The notes under the pieces: generated by a model
The model's database searches: none
What the model was told of the DNA's origin: nothing
The model's input: only the letters and a program-made list of their open reading frames with translations
Source of the DNA: Octopus sinensis
Taxonomy: Eukaryota
Direction of reading: 5' to 3'
Length of the DNA: 64,000 nt
Assembly (NCBI RefSeq): GCF_006345805.1
Contig: NC_043021.1
Span: 1,054,001-1,118,000 of the forward strand
Shown: piece after piece, positions 26,401 through 36,989 of the stretch
How positions within the stretch are numbered: the stretch's first letter is position 1
How the letters are laid out: every line of letters begins with the position of its first letter
Position numbers and translations under genes: made by a program

Positions 26401-29400
26401 GACTTCATTCAAACTGTTTGTCTTGTTTTAAATATTGATAGCAATAAATCGACAAAATTCATAATTGTTTTCCTTTTTTCTGTTCTGTCGTTTCACCAAG
26501 AAGGAGAAATTAGTGAAACAATTACCTTTGGACTGCTTGCTTCTCGAATCGGATTCCCCAGCCCTTGCGCCTCAAAAACAGGTCAGTTGCAAGATGTCAA
26601 CATACTTTTGGTCTGTTTCAGCTTTGCTTTCCTTTTAATTGCTGTTTTTTTTATTTGGTTTATTGTTGCTGTTGTTGTCACTATTGCCTCCGTCCCTTGC
26701 ACAGACCTGTTAGAGTGAACATGTGACGAGGCAACAGCTAAGTGAGCATAGAAGTGTAACTCCTGGGTCTTGCACCCCAGATGTTGTGTAGGGTGGCAGT
26801 TGGATGAGTTGTGTCCAGTGTCTCAGTGTGGCTATACGAGCTATGTTCATAAAGGATCTGATTTTATTGTTCGCTGTCAAAGCAAAATCCTTTGAGTGGG
26901 AGGTTATGCCACGATTCCTGTGCATCTGTGGAAATTTCCGTGTCAGGAGTTTGTGGCTTTTATGCCTGCAGTACAGACGTGTAGTGAGCACACTCATCAG
27001 ATTTCCATTTTCATGCAAGATGCCTGAATGCATCGCGCAGAGACCATAAAGCTACGTCTCGTCTGTACTCTATTATGTGTTCCTGTTTTTGTGTGGTAGA
27101 CCTTAACTGGGCCCTTGAATGCCTTTCTGTGAACAGTTTCTGTTGCAAACCTTCAAGCCAGATGTCTGGCCAAAGGATAACCTCCTCTTATTCCTCCCAC
27201 CAGCGTCAGAGAAGCCCTGAGACCCTAAAAACGCTCCTGGTTGCTGCCAATCCTCCTGTAAGTTGTTAATGAAAATAAAATGGGAAAATTTTTTAAATCA
27301 GAGCTGAATCATAAATTCTTTGACTGGCAGATTGATAAATCTAGTGATTTAAAATAGCTACACTTGTCTATATGTGTATAAGAGTAACTATGTAAAAGTG
27401 TTACATTGTGTGTGTGTGTGTGTGTGTACATATTTATTCACCGGCATTATCCATCTGCTGGATAATGTCAGTGTAGTGTGCACGAGAGAAGACTGTACTG
27501 GTATGGTCATGTGATGCATATGGATGAGGACAGCTGTGTAAAGAAGTGCTGATCCCTAATTGTAAAGGGAATCTGTAGAAGGGCTAGACCCAAGAAGATG
27601 TGGGATGATGTAGTGAGAAACAATCTTCAGATGTTGGGTCTCAGAGGAGATGACAAGGGTTTGAGACTTCTGGTGGTTTGCTCTGCATGAGAAGACATGC
27701 CAAGGGAAGTAAAATTGTGGCCATCAATATATACAGGTATGTCCCCTGTGTCCCTCTCTCAGCTAAGAGCTCCTTCTATTGTGGGATCATGGCTGCTGGT
27801 GTCATGTAAAAAGCACTTATGCCAGTGCCACATAAAGGCACCTGTGCCCATGGCACATAGAAGTGCCCAATACACTCAGTGAAGTGGTTGACACTAGGAA
27901 AGACATCCAGCTGTAGAAACCATTCCAAAACAGACAATTGCTTCTTGGGCAGCCCCCCCCCCCCCACTAACTGGCCATTTCCTGTCAAATCATCTCCAAG
28001 ACATGCCAGCATGGAAAACAGATGTTAAATTATGATGCCGTGACTTAACCCTTTCGTTACCAAACCGCCCAAAGCCGCCCGAATTTACCTATTCATATTT
28101 AAATGAGAATATCAGAGCAAATCTCTTCAGTACATTCGTGAAAACACATATTATACTTCGTAAACAGTTCAACTACAGTTTTGTACAATAATCGAAGTGT
28201 AATTTTAATTCCGTGAATTTTGGGAGATTTTTTTCCGAAATTTGTTCCTATTGTGTTTTCAAAATTTGTAATTCTTACAAAAAATGGATACGAATTTCAT
28301 TATATCAAGCAGCGAGTCAGAATTTGAAGGATTTTCTACTGAAGACCTTCATAAATCTAACTCTATGACTGAAAAAAAAAAGCATGTGGTATTTGATAAT
28401 GAATCTGATGTTTCATTTTCCGAAAGTGAAAACAGTGAATCTGAGATCTCCGATAGCGATAAAGAAAACGAATTGGCACCTGAATGGAGTGAAAATTTAA
28501 AAACTGTTTCTTTCGGTGATTTTTCTGAAGAAACTGGACCAAGCCACAGACTTTCCCAGAAGGGTAAAGCCTTAGGCTATTTCTATTTACTTTTTCGAAT
28601 GAGCCTATCATTACGGCAGAAACGAACCATTACGCTAAACGTAAACAAAGCGAAAGAAAGGATAGTTTGTGGTTTCCCACAACCTTAAATGAAATTAAGA
28701 CTATTTTGCCATAAATATTATTATGGGTATTAGAAAGTTACCCAGAATAACAAATTCTATCGTAAAATTTTGTTGTATACCCAATTGAATATTAGCTAAT
28801 AACCCATTTTCTATAGCGATGTTTGAACAAAATTTTAATAATTTTATATTTTGTTGAATTTACCTGTATCTACCTGCAATTAGTGTCACTTTGTGACAAA
28901 AATTATAGTATAGAATTGGTTGAGAATATTTCATTAAATTATCTTCCAAAAATCAGATTAATATATCGATAAATAAAAAAGTTATAGTTGTTTAATGAAA
29001 CCAGACTAAATTTATGATTACGTTAGAAATTAATTGAAACACATAAGGGGTGTAATTTGGTCAGAAATATAGTAACGAAAGGGTTAACAAACTGTTGCAC
29101 TTTATTTTTTAAATCAGTGAAGTTCAAAAGTTACTTTAAAATTCGATTCTTATTTTGTTTCATGTCTATCTTTTTTAGTGTCTTTATTTTTAACACAAGT
29201 TATAATAAATCTGGTTATAATAAATCCGGTTATAATAAATCCGGTGATAATAAATCCGGTTATAATAAATCCGGTTATAATAAATCCGGTGATAATAAAT
29301 CTGGTTATAATAAATCCGGTTATAATAAATCCGGTTATAATAAATCTGGTTATAATAAATCCGGTTATAATAAATCTGGTGATACATTGTAATACTAGAG

Positions 29401-30380
29401 GAGAGTGATTGGATATTAAACATGAGTAAATGCCGTGTGAGTGTGTGTGTATATATTATGTCATGCTGGTATGGTCAGGTGATGTTTATGGACGAGGACA
29501 GCTGTGGAAGGAACCTATGGAAGGGGTAGACTCAGGAAGACATGGGATGAGGTGGTGAAGCATGACCTTCAAATGTTGGGCATCACGGAGGCAGTGACAA
29601 GTGACCGAGACCTTTGGCGATATGCCGTGCTTGAGAAGACCCATCAAGCCAAGTGGGGTCACAGTTGTGGCCAAGGCCAGTGTCATGTAACTCGCACATA
29701 AAATGCACTTTTCAAATATTTGGCAAAAAGCTGTGTGGAGAAGACCTGTCAAACCAAGTGAAATGGTTGTGACTAAAGCTGGTGCCATGGAAAGATCTTT
29801 GGCTATACACCATGCGCGTGAAGACCTGTCAAGCCAAGTGGGATTATGGTTGATGTCAATGGCACTTGTGCTGGTGGCACATAAACAACACTCTCGAGTG
29901 GTTGGCGTTAGGAAGGGCATCCAGCCATAGAAACTATGCCAAATCAGACTGGAACCTGGTGCAGCCTCCTGGCTTACCAGTTTTTAGTCAAACCACCCAT
30001 GCCAGCATGGAAAGCAGACATTAAATGAGGATGATGATGATGATGATATATATATAATTTACACCTGGCCAACCGAAATTTTGTGATTGAATTTGGTAGG
30101 CGGAAGTTACTGCTGCTTGTGTATATGTGTGTGTCGGTGCTTGTGCCTCTCCGAGAAAGGGCGGGGGGGGGGAATAACACATACAACTCATTTATTATGG
30201 TCATATAATAAACAGAAGGTCATATATGAAATTGATCTTTTTTCTACTTCAATTATTATTTTTCTCTTATAAAAACGCACACATACAGGAGGAGTAAATT
30301 ATGTTTATAAGAATACTTTGAATGTGGCTCCCAAGAAACAGTAAAAGTAATTGCCTGATCAACGATGAGTATTACTTATA

Positions 30381-30424
<44 letters not shown>

Positions 30425-30622
30425 CTCACTTGTATTATTCTTCTTCTCTTTTTTTCTGAATTATTTATTTTCCAGATGAGAAACGAACCTCAAAATATCC
30501 AAATATCTGCTGAATACATTGCTAGAATCAAAGGAACTGATGTTAGTCATGTCTGTGAGATAACAACCCAAAATGCCTTTAAATTATTCCCAAGACTAAA
30601 AAATTTTCTTCAAAAATTGTAA
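8664..30622 (+). CDS. TATDN3: TatD DNase domain-containing protein 3, 12 coding exons, 831 nt, 276 aa
   Basis: Exons 8664-8732, 11647-11679, 13070-13143, 15255-15300, 16430-16468, 19051-19113, 20217-20294, 20491-20522, 23365-23420, 25410-25522, 26501-26581, 30476-30622 all have GT-AG boundaries with matching phases and join into one frame ending TAA. TatD motifs present: DAHCH, CLGVHP, IGEVGLD, NVHSRSA, LHAFDG, LESDSP, RNEP, TTQNA. Confidence 0.95.
9735..10000. repeat. About 270-bp GC-rich interspersed repeat, copy 1 (TATDN3 intron 1)
   Basis: Near-identical to 22985-23250; structured, with hammerhead-like words on the minus strand. Confidence 0.8.
11647..11679 (+). CDS. TATDN3: TATDN3 exon 2 ([11 protein letters not shown])
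   Basis: TTGCAG acceptor, GTTAGT donor, 33 nt, phase 0/0. Confidence 0.88.
12583..12660. repeat. (TA)n microsatellite
   Basis: Uninterrupted TA run. Similar compound (GT/TA/CA/CT)n tracts at 1271-1360, 14367-14480, 30383-30416, 49884-49959, 62694-62750. Confidence 0.95.
13070..13143 (+). CDS. TATDN3: TATDN3 exon 3 ([24 protein letters not shown])
   Basis: TGTAG acceptor, GTGAGT donor, phase 0/2. Confidence 0.9.
13561..13987. mobile_element. MITE with 28-bp TIRs and internal (CCCTAA)n, TATDN3 intron 3
   Basis: GATCTTTTCGGTTTGAAC(G/T)GCAGTTTTT inverted with one mismatch at 13562-13589 and 13959-13986; AAAATTTT duplicated on both sides (8-9 bp TSD). Confidence 0.82.
15255..15300 (+). CDS. TATDN3: TATDN3 exon 4 ([16 protein letters not shown])
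   Basis: TTTCAG acceptor, GTAGGA donor, GVHP motif. Confidence 0.93.
15815..16155 (-). mobile_element. tRNA-derived SINE family A copy
   Basis: Colinear similarity to 57001-57394. Confidence 0.7.
16430..16468 (+). CDS. TATDN3: TATDN3 exon 5 ([13 protein letters not shown])
   Basis: TTTTCAG acceptor, GTAGGA donor, 39 nt; fills the gap between VHPVQ and DL. Confidence 0.85.
17590..18190 (+). mobile_element. Possible degenerate Tx1/L1-type LINE 3' fragment
   Basis: GC-richer block with remnants SVQCPNMW and [17 protein letters not shown] resembling the C-terminus of Tx1-like ORF2 (recalled similarity only). Confidence 0.35.
19051..19113 (+). CDS. TATDN3: TATDN3 exon 6 ([21 protein letters not shown])
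   Basis: TTACAG acceptor, GTGAGG donor. Confidence 0.93.
19247..19772. repeat. Local duplication of a GC-rich 130-150 bp segment (19247-19397 and 19641-19772)
   Basis: GGACGCCCCCAGA(T/C)GAGAAGTGGGCTAG...GTCGAACCTGCAATACAACAGT present twice; possibly a decayed L2-type LINE piece. Confidence 0.7.
20217..20294 (+). CDS. TATDN3: TATDN3 exon 7 ([26 protein letters not shown])
   Basis: TTGCAG acceptor, GTAAAT donor, GLD motif. Confidence 0.93.
20491..20522 (+). CDS. TATDN3: TATDN3 exon 8 ([10 protein letters not shown])
   Basis: TTCTAG acceptor, GTAAGT donor, 32 nt, phase 0/2. Confidence 0.9.
20680..21728 (+). mobile_element. 5'-truncated RTE LINE in TATDN3 intron 8
   Basis: [18 protein letters not shown]...[16 protein letters not shown] followed by the family 3' tail. 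Confidence 0.82.
22455..22850 (+). mobile_element. RTE 3' tail copy
   Basis: Same tail sequence, ending GATGATGAT. Confidence 0.65.
22985..23250. repeat. About 270-bp GC-rich interspersed repeat, copy 2 (TATDN3 intron 8)
   Basis: Near-identical to 9735-10000, same orientation. Confidence 0.8.
23365..23420 (+). CDS. TATDN3: TATDN3 exon 9 ([19 protein letters not shown])
   Basis: CCCAG acceptor, GTAAAT donor, VHSR motif. Confidence 0.93.
24540..25080. repeat. Degenerate local tandem duplication with (GT)n tracts
   Basis: TTCTCTGTCACAACA...GGTGAAAAAAAA...GTGTGCAATGGAA...GATGGTGAA occurs twice. Confidence 0.6.
25410..25522 (+). CDS. TATDN3: TATDN3 exon 10 ([38 protein letters not shown])
   Basis: TTCCAG acceptor, GTATTG donor, LHAF motif. 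Confidence 0.94.
26501..26581 (+). CDS. TATDN3: TATDN3 exon 11 ([27 protein letters not shown])
   Basis: AAG acceptor (tandem NAGs, so start could be 26501, 26504 or 26507), GTCAGT donor, ESD catalytic motif. Confidence 0.9.
27470..28037 (+). mobile_element. Degenerate RTE 3' fragment
   Basis: Decayed WYGHV...GRPKKMWDD coding remnant and family tail. Confidence 0.7.
28049..29083 (+). mobile_element. Internally deleted piggyBac element in TATDN3 intron 11
   Basis: TTAA at 28045-28048 and 29084-29087; perfect 12-bp TIRs CCCTTTCGTTAC / GTAACGAAAGGG; acidic N-terminal transposase remnant at 28284-28688 (SESEFEGF...PEWSENL...F..ETGP...YFYLLF). Confidence 0.88.
29199..29384. repeat. 15-bp minisatellite, 12 units plus a partial unit
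   Basis: GT(T/G)ATAATAAATC(C/T)G repeated from 29199 to 29378. Confidence 0.95.
29455..30050 (+). mobile_element. RTE 3' fragment
   Basis: [20 protein letters not shown] and family tail. Confidence 0.75.
30476..30622 (+). CDS. TATDN3: TATDN3 exon 12 ([20 protein letters not shown]...LQKL*)
   Basis: TTCCAG acceptor, TAA stop, AATAAA at 30638-30643. Confidence 0.93.
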   Translation: MRNEPQNIQISAEYIARIKGTDVSHVCEITTQNAFKLFPRLKNFLQKL

Positions 30623-30637
30623 ACAATGTGTGATATA

Positions 30638-30643
30638 AATAAA
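30638..30643 (+). terminator. Candidate TATDN3 polyadenylation signal
   Basis: AATAAA 15 nt after the stop; a second AATAAA lies at 31428-31433. Confidence 0.45.
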
Positions 30644-31549
30644 TAATTAAATTATCTGATTTTCTGAACTAATTTGTTACAATTAATGATATTCAATTTT
30701 CATTTATTAGTTATCATTAATTGGTTTACAGGCAAGGCCATACTGGAGCATTGCTGGTTAAACAGTTTGCTCTGTAACCATGTATTTCGTGGTTTGATCC
30801 CACTTTATGGTACCTTGGCCAATTCTTCGACCATAGCCTCAAGTTTACTGATGTCTTGTGTGTATGAATATGGTATAACTCATCTAGAGAGGGGCTCATT
30901 GTATGTAACACATACAAGAGTATGTGTTGCATATATCATCATCATCATCATCGTCTAATACCCAACTTCCATGCTAGTATGGGTGGGACGGTTTCACAAG
31001 AGCCAGCCAGGCCAAAGCTTGCACCATACTTCTGTAACTGTTTTGGCAGGATTTTTACAGCTGGATCCCCTTCCTAACACCAACCACTCAGCAGAGTGGA
31101 CTTAGTACTTTTTACATGGCACAAGCACACACGAGGTGAGTAGTGCTTTTTACATATATATATATACTAACAGAAGCGCTTGTCATTGACTGGGTTTGCA
31201 AGAGATGCCAAAATTGTACTATGAATTTTGAAAGTTATTCACTTAGATTGTATTGAATATATGTAAGAAATGATTGTTAACTGTCGTGTTAACGATAGAA
31301 GTGTTTTCTTCTGGCCAGTATTATCATGGGTGCCTATAAACTTCTGATCTATGATCTATAGTATTTCAGTTTATAAATGAATCAATAATCGCACAGATTT
31401 TGGTCTATGTTTAGTACAAGGTCACTAAATAAAAGTTCAGGGAAAACTAAAACCATTTGTACTCTAATTTAGTACAACAAACAAAAATAGATGACTATAG
31501 TGTGATGTTGTCAATATCAATTCAAAGTTATTATTCATTCTGCAAATTT

Positions 31550-33230
31550 GTTGATCCCATGGTGAAAACTTCCATGTTGACAATATTTCGGCTTTTACCA
31601 GTTGGGGCAAAAATGAAAAGATTGTTCTTGCTCTCCACTCTGGATGTCCCAACTTATAACTGACCATGTGAGAAACAGGCCTCTTTTAATTGCAAACCAG
31701 CAACTTTCAAAGTATGACCATGGGACTTATTAATGGACATTGTAAAAGACAGACGTATTGGAAATTGAGGTCATTTGAACTCAAAGGGTACACTGGAAGG
31801 TATTGAAGGTAAGTGAGGAATAAAAACATCTTCACCTTTTCCACAGCCAGAAATTACTGTTTGACATTTCTCATTAATTTCTTGACAACAAGTCTTGTGC
31901 CATTGCACAGCTTTGCTTGAGAAAGGTTGTGCAGAAGCATGATCAAAGTGCCAATTTTCAATGGAAGGCAATGAGGAGGAGCTCCTGGTGGCCAGAGTGA
32001 GTTCAAGAACTCTAATTCATCCGCAACAGAGTCAACAGATTTGTAAGTATATTCATTTCCTGGTGAAAGTTTCTTGAGACTTTCATTCAAATTATTCACG
32101 GTAATGTTCTTTGGTGCCATGGTTTTTCTTTCACACAACCAAGCAGCATTTGTGGAATTTTAAATTATACTTGGAAAATATTTTTCAATGAATTCCTCAA
32201 CCGAGCTGACCAAGGTGCAGATTTCTGATGGATTCAAGTCACCTTCATGATTGGTATCTAGCCTTCCTTCTCCGAGTTGCAAAATAGTATGGGCAAATTT
32301 TTCCGACAAATGATCCCCATGCAATTGTGTCCGCTTATTTGTAGAAAGCTTTAAGACTTTGATATGTTTCCATAAAATAGAAGATTTCAAATATACTTTT
32401 GATTCATCCGCCTTTGTGCCCCTGCAAATCACTGGCAAAGTTTGTCTGAAATCACCTGAAAGTGCTTCTGTCACACCTCACATCAAACAATTGGAATTGC
32501 GCAAATCCTGCAGCATTCTGTTAACGGCATCTACTGATTGTTTATGGGACTTTGTGGCTTCATTTCATATTATTAAAGAACTTTTCACGAGAACTTGAGC
32601 TAAAAAAGAATTTTTACTAATATTGCAGACAAGTTCATCATTTGAAGTTGGATTGCATGGCAGCTTGAATGCTGCATGAGCTGTTCGACCTCCTGGGAGT
32701 AAAGTTGCAGCCATTCCAGAGCTCACTACAGCTAAGGCTATTTCCTTTTTTTTGCCGTACTTTGGCTGGTACTAAATTTGTAACAAAAGTTTTCCCAGTT
32801 CCTGGTGCGTCTAAAAATATTATCCTCCTCTCTTATGTGTCACTTGGTCAGTGATTGTTGTATATGCAAATTGTTGGTCTGACAAAAGTTTCGGGACATT
32901 TTCTTCAAGGAATCTTGTCAATGAATCAATATCATGAAGTTTCTCGCAAAACTTTTGGGATCAAATTATTCACCTCATTTTGATGAGATTCAGTTTAGCC
33001 AAACTTGCTGAGCTCCTCTCCTCCTCTCAGGCAATCTTAATTGTGCTAAATATTTGTAGTCTTCTGATAAATCATTCTTACATTTGTGCCACAGTGTTAA
33101 TGGATTACTCACTATACAAATCAGAAGAATTGTTAAAAGATCTCTGAAAGAAATAGTTATGTGTGACACTGAAGCCTCAGCTGTTGTTCTATCCCAGGGA
33201 TTGTCATCTCACAAATTGAAGGCTAAACAG
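31550..33230 (-). mobile_element. Helitron RepHel helicase remnant (PIF1-like), many stops and frameshifts
   Basis: Minus-strand remnants: WDRTTAEAS, SNPLTLW, IFLDAPGTGKTF (Walker A), GDFRQTLPV, EFLNSL.PPG.PPH.L.LKIG..IMLL.NL...LCNGTRL, QFPIRLSF..SINKS, CFSHGQL.VG.SRV. Termini not identified. Confidence 0.87.
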
Positions 33231-33524
33231 GCTTTTGTATAAGTATGAACAGTTTGACCATCAATCGTTCTTAGGAAGAAGAAGGGAGTCAGTCCTCTTG
33301 TTTTATGAAGAAGCAGCCTCAAAAAGAAACATTCCTGGTGACTTGGATGCAGAAAGTAAACTCATCCGATTGTTGAGTCAAATAATTTTATACTTGGATG
33401 ATCCTTGCATGACCTTTACACAAGAATTAGCTTCTAGCTTTTATATTGACACGGCAGTTTTCCTTCCTATGGGTGAACACGCACACATCCATTTTTATTA
33501 CATAGATGATGTGCATATATATAT

Positions 33525-33900
33525 ATCGCTGCCAGAGCAGCTGACTGGCTTCCATACCGGTGGTACGTAAAAAGCACCATTCTAATGTGATTGTTACCAG
33601 CATCGCCTTACTGGCACGTGAAAAACATTTGAGCGAGGTCGTTGTCAGTGCTGCTGGACTGGCTCCTGTGCAGGTGGCATGTAAAAAATACCACCCAAGC
33701 GTGGCCATTGCCAATACCGCCTGACTGGCACGTTAAAGCACCCTTGGAGTGGTTGGCATTAGGAAGGGCATCCAGCTGTAGAAACTCTGCCAGATCAGAT
33801 TGGAGCCTGGTACAACCATCTGGTTCGCCAGTCCTCACACAAATCATCCAACCCATGCAAGCATGGAAAGCAGACATTAAACAACAATGATGATGATGAT
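33525..33900 (+). mobile_element. RTE 3' tail copy
   Basis: Family subrepeats and (GAT)n tail. Confidence 0.7.
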
Positions 33901-34229
33901 ATATATATATGGCCACAGCTTTGAGTTGAAACTAAATATATATATATATATACATACAATACAATGGATCTTTGTGCAGTTTACATCTACTTCACTTAAA
34001 AACAAAAATCCCCTGTGATATTTGAGGAGGAACTACAGACTTGTATCCTAGAGAGCAGCTGGAAGTCCTTGTCGGGCAGCTTGCTGAATGCCACATACCA
34101 AATATGTGGTTGGTGCTAAGTCCCAACCAGACCTAGGCTGAGGTGGTGGGGGAACAGTATTGTAGACAAGACCATGAGAACAAAGAAACAGGATTGGGAA
34201 AATGGTGGTAACAGTGAACTATAACAGGT

Positions 34230-35625
34230 AGCTAAAATGGAGGCTAGAAGACAGGTATACTCAGCCAGGGGAGAAGCAGAAAGGAGGGAGTTTGCCAGTG
34301 TTCTGCGATGAGAAGACCAGAAGCTTCAAGTGTTTTGGATTGCAAGACAGTGTGTCAGAGAAAATCGTGATGTGATAGGAGGGAAGTGTGTTCACATGGA
34401 TGATGGCTCACTTGCAGTTAGTGATTCTGCAAAGTAGGAGGCTTGGAAGTGCCACTATGAAAGGTTAGTGAATGTAGGGAACGCACAAGAGGAGAGCCTG
34501 CTTAATGTGGACTCAACAGAGGGGCAGGCTATTTGAATCAACAATAGCTTGGTAGATAAATAAATTAAGGATATGAAGACGGGGAAAGCCTCTGGCCCAT
34601 CATATCTGGTGAGTGGGATAGGACCTGGCCAACCATATAGTTAATCAAGTTGTCCACAAGGGAGTCATACCCAACGATTGGTGTAACAGCATTATAGTCA
34701 ACTGCTACAAAGGCAAAAGTGTTGCTCTTGACAGGAATAATTACAGTGATATCAAATTACCAGACCAGGTGATGAAAGTTGCAGATAGCTCAATAAATTA
34801 CAAAAAGAGTATAGATGAGATGCAGTTTGGATTTGTGCCAGAGAGAAGCACCACCGATGGTATCTTCCTGGTGAGGCACCTGTGTTAGAAGTTCTGTATC
34901 TGGCTTTTGTTGACATGGTCCCCCATTCACTTATCTGGTGGGCAATGTGGAAGCTAAGGATAGATGATTGGTTAGTGACAGCTGTACAAGTCATCTACAG
35001 GGATGCTGTTAGTAAGTGAGAGTCATCACTGAATATAGCAAGGAGTCTAGTGTACATGTAGGAGTCCACCAGGGTTTGGTTTTTAGCTTCCTCTTATTTA
35101 TCATGGTCCTCCAAGCTATAACTGAGGAATTTAAGACTGGCTGTCTTTGGGAACTCCTCTGTGCCAATAACCTTGTTCTCATTGCTGAATCACTGTCAGA
35201 ACTAGAGACTAAATTTCAGGTATGGAAGCACAGACTGGAATCAAAGGACCTTAGAGTTAATTTAGCACAGACCAAAGTCCTAATAAGTAGAAAACCAGAC
35301 AAATTGCAGACCTCTTCAGGGAGATGACCCTCCTCGATATGTAGAAAAGGTGTCAGGAGAAACTCCATAAGGTGTACGCAGTGCAAGCTGTGGACACATA
35401 AGCAGTGCAGCAGTATTACTGGAAAACTAAGAGAGAAAGTAATGTTTACATGTGGCAGATGTGCAGGTACATTAAACAGCAGGTATGTACCAGAAAATAG
35501 ACTCCCTGAAATCTCAGTGGGGATCCTTAGAAGTATTAAAGACTGTTTCTGTTACCTAGGTGACCAAGTTACTAGTGGTGGAGGTTGTTCTGAAAGAATA
35601 AGAATCGGCAAAGTTCAGAGAGTGA
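34230..35625 (+). mobile_element. Degenerate RTE LINE reverse-transcriptase fragment
   Basis: Frameshifted RT remnants DEMQFGFVPERSTTD, AFVD, VGVHQG...LQAITEEFKTGCLWELL, RVNLAQTKVL, FCYLGD. Confidence 0.8.
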
Positions 35626-35925
35626 AAAGCAGGCTGTACGGTGCCTGTGTAGAAACATTGCTGGCATAATTTCGTTATCTCTAAAATCCACAACAAATAG
35701 ATAGATAAAAACAGAACAGGCACACACAGACAAGAACAAGCACGGACACAAAGGGAAAAAGCACAGAGGAACAGGTACGCACGCACGTACAATCCATTAG
35801 CTTTCTTCTCCTCCTCCTCCTGCCATTCCGCCAACCGACAGTTGACAAGACACAGGCACATACTTTTCACGGAAACAGCCGAATTGAAGTGTTTTGATTT
35901 TGTCGAGTCATATCGAAAGAATACC

Positions 35926-36148
35926 TATTTCTTTACTACCCACAAGGGGCTAAACACAGAGAGGACAGACAAACGGATTAAGTCGATTATATCGACACCA
36001 GTGCGTAACTGGTACTTATTTGAATCGAACCCGAAAGGATGAAAGGCAAAGTCGACCTCGGCGGAATTTGAACTCAAAACGTAGCGGCAGACGAAATACT
36101 GCTAAGCATTTCGCCCGACGTGCTAATGTTTCTGCCAGCTCTCCGCAT
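35926..36148 (-). mobile_element. tRNA-derived SINE, family B, young copy with 18-bp TSD
   Basis: Head GGAGAGCTGGCAGAAACATTAGCACG...GAGTTCAAATTCCGCC; flanked by TCATATCGAAAGAATACC at 35908-35925 and 36149-36166. Older copies at about 895-1030, 16660-16850, 18405-18830, 24150-24350, 51150-51300, 60640-61075. Confidence 0.85.
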
Positions 36149-36989
36149 TCATATCGAAAGAATACCAAAAAGCGTGATTACTTTGATGAAAAACGAAACT
36201 ATATGATGTCTGTTCGTCTACCACCACCGCTTGACAACTTGTGTTGTTCTGTTTATGTCCCGCGTAACTTAGTGGATCGATATTAGAGACCGATAAAATA
36301 AGTACCTAGCTTAATAGAAATAAGTATGAGGTTTGATTTGTTAGACGAAAACCCTTTAAGGCGGTACCCCGGCATGACGGAAACAAAAGATTTTTACTTC
36401 TCGATTTTAAATAACAAAATGCAGAAGAGTAAAATAAATTATAAATTATTACAAAAAATGTTCAATAACATAACGTTGAACATTAAAAAAAAATGTTATT
36501 TGCAAATGCCATTAAAATGCAATAATTTTTATCTGAATCATCATAGATTTTATTCTCCCCTTTAACATTTTCCATTCCTAATGACTGTTCATCAGACTAT
36601 GTTCTTTGATGTATTTCAGAAGATTCAGTTTTTGTTTAGCCCTAGGTCAGTCCTGATCGTGTAAACCTGTGATCAAAACTGTTTCAGTTACGACCATCTC
36701 ATATTTTCTTGTATTCCGGATCACTATTGTGTTCTTCCTTTATTTAAGACAATTGAGTGAGCTTTGAGGGTGATTTATCTTTTATTTACAGCAAGTCAAG
36801 CGACCTCATAAAGACTCCTTTGTCAGACACTACCATACTTGTATTTAAGAGGCAAAACTCTCCCCTTATCTTTCGACAGCCCATAAAACAGTGACCGACT
36901 GATTACAAGGTACCCTTCTCTGTGGCAGATTGGTGCTCTTTTCCATATTTGGTGAGAATTGAACTGAAGTAAGACTAGAGTGACCTCCC

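Noticed and set aside
29057-29423. ORFs encoding (SGYNK)n, (VIINP)n and (YYNRI)n repeat proteins
   Set aside because: They arise from a 15-bp intronic minisatellite; no splice or start context supports coding.
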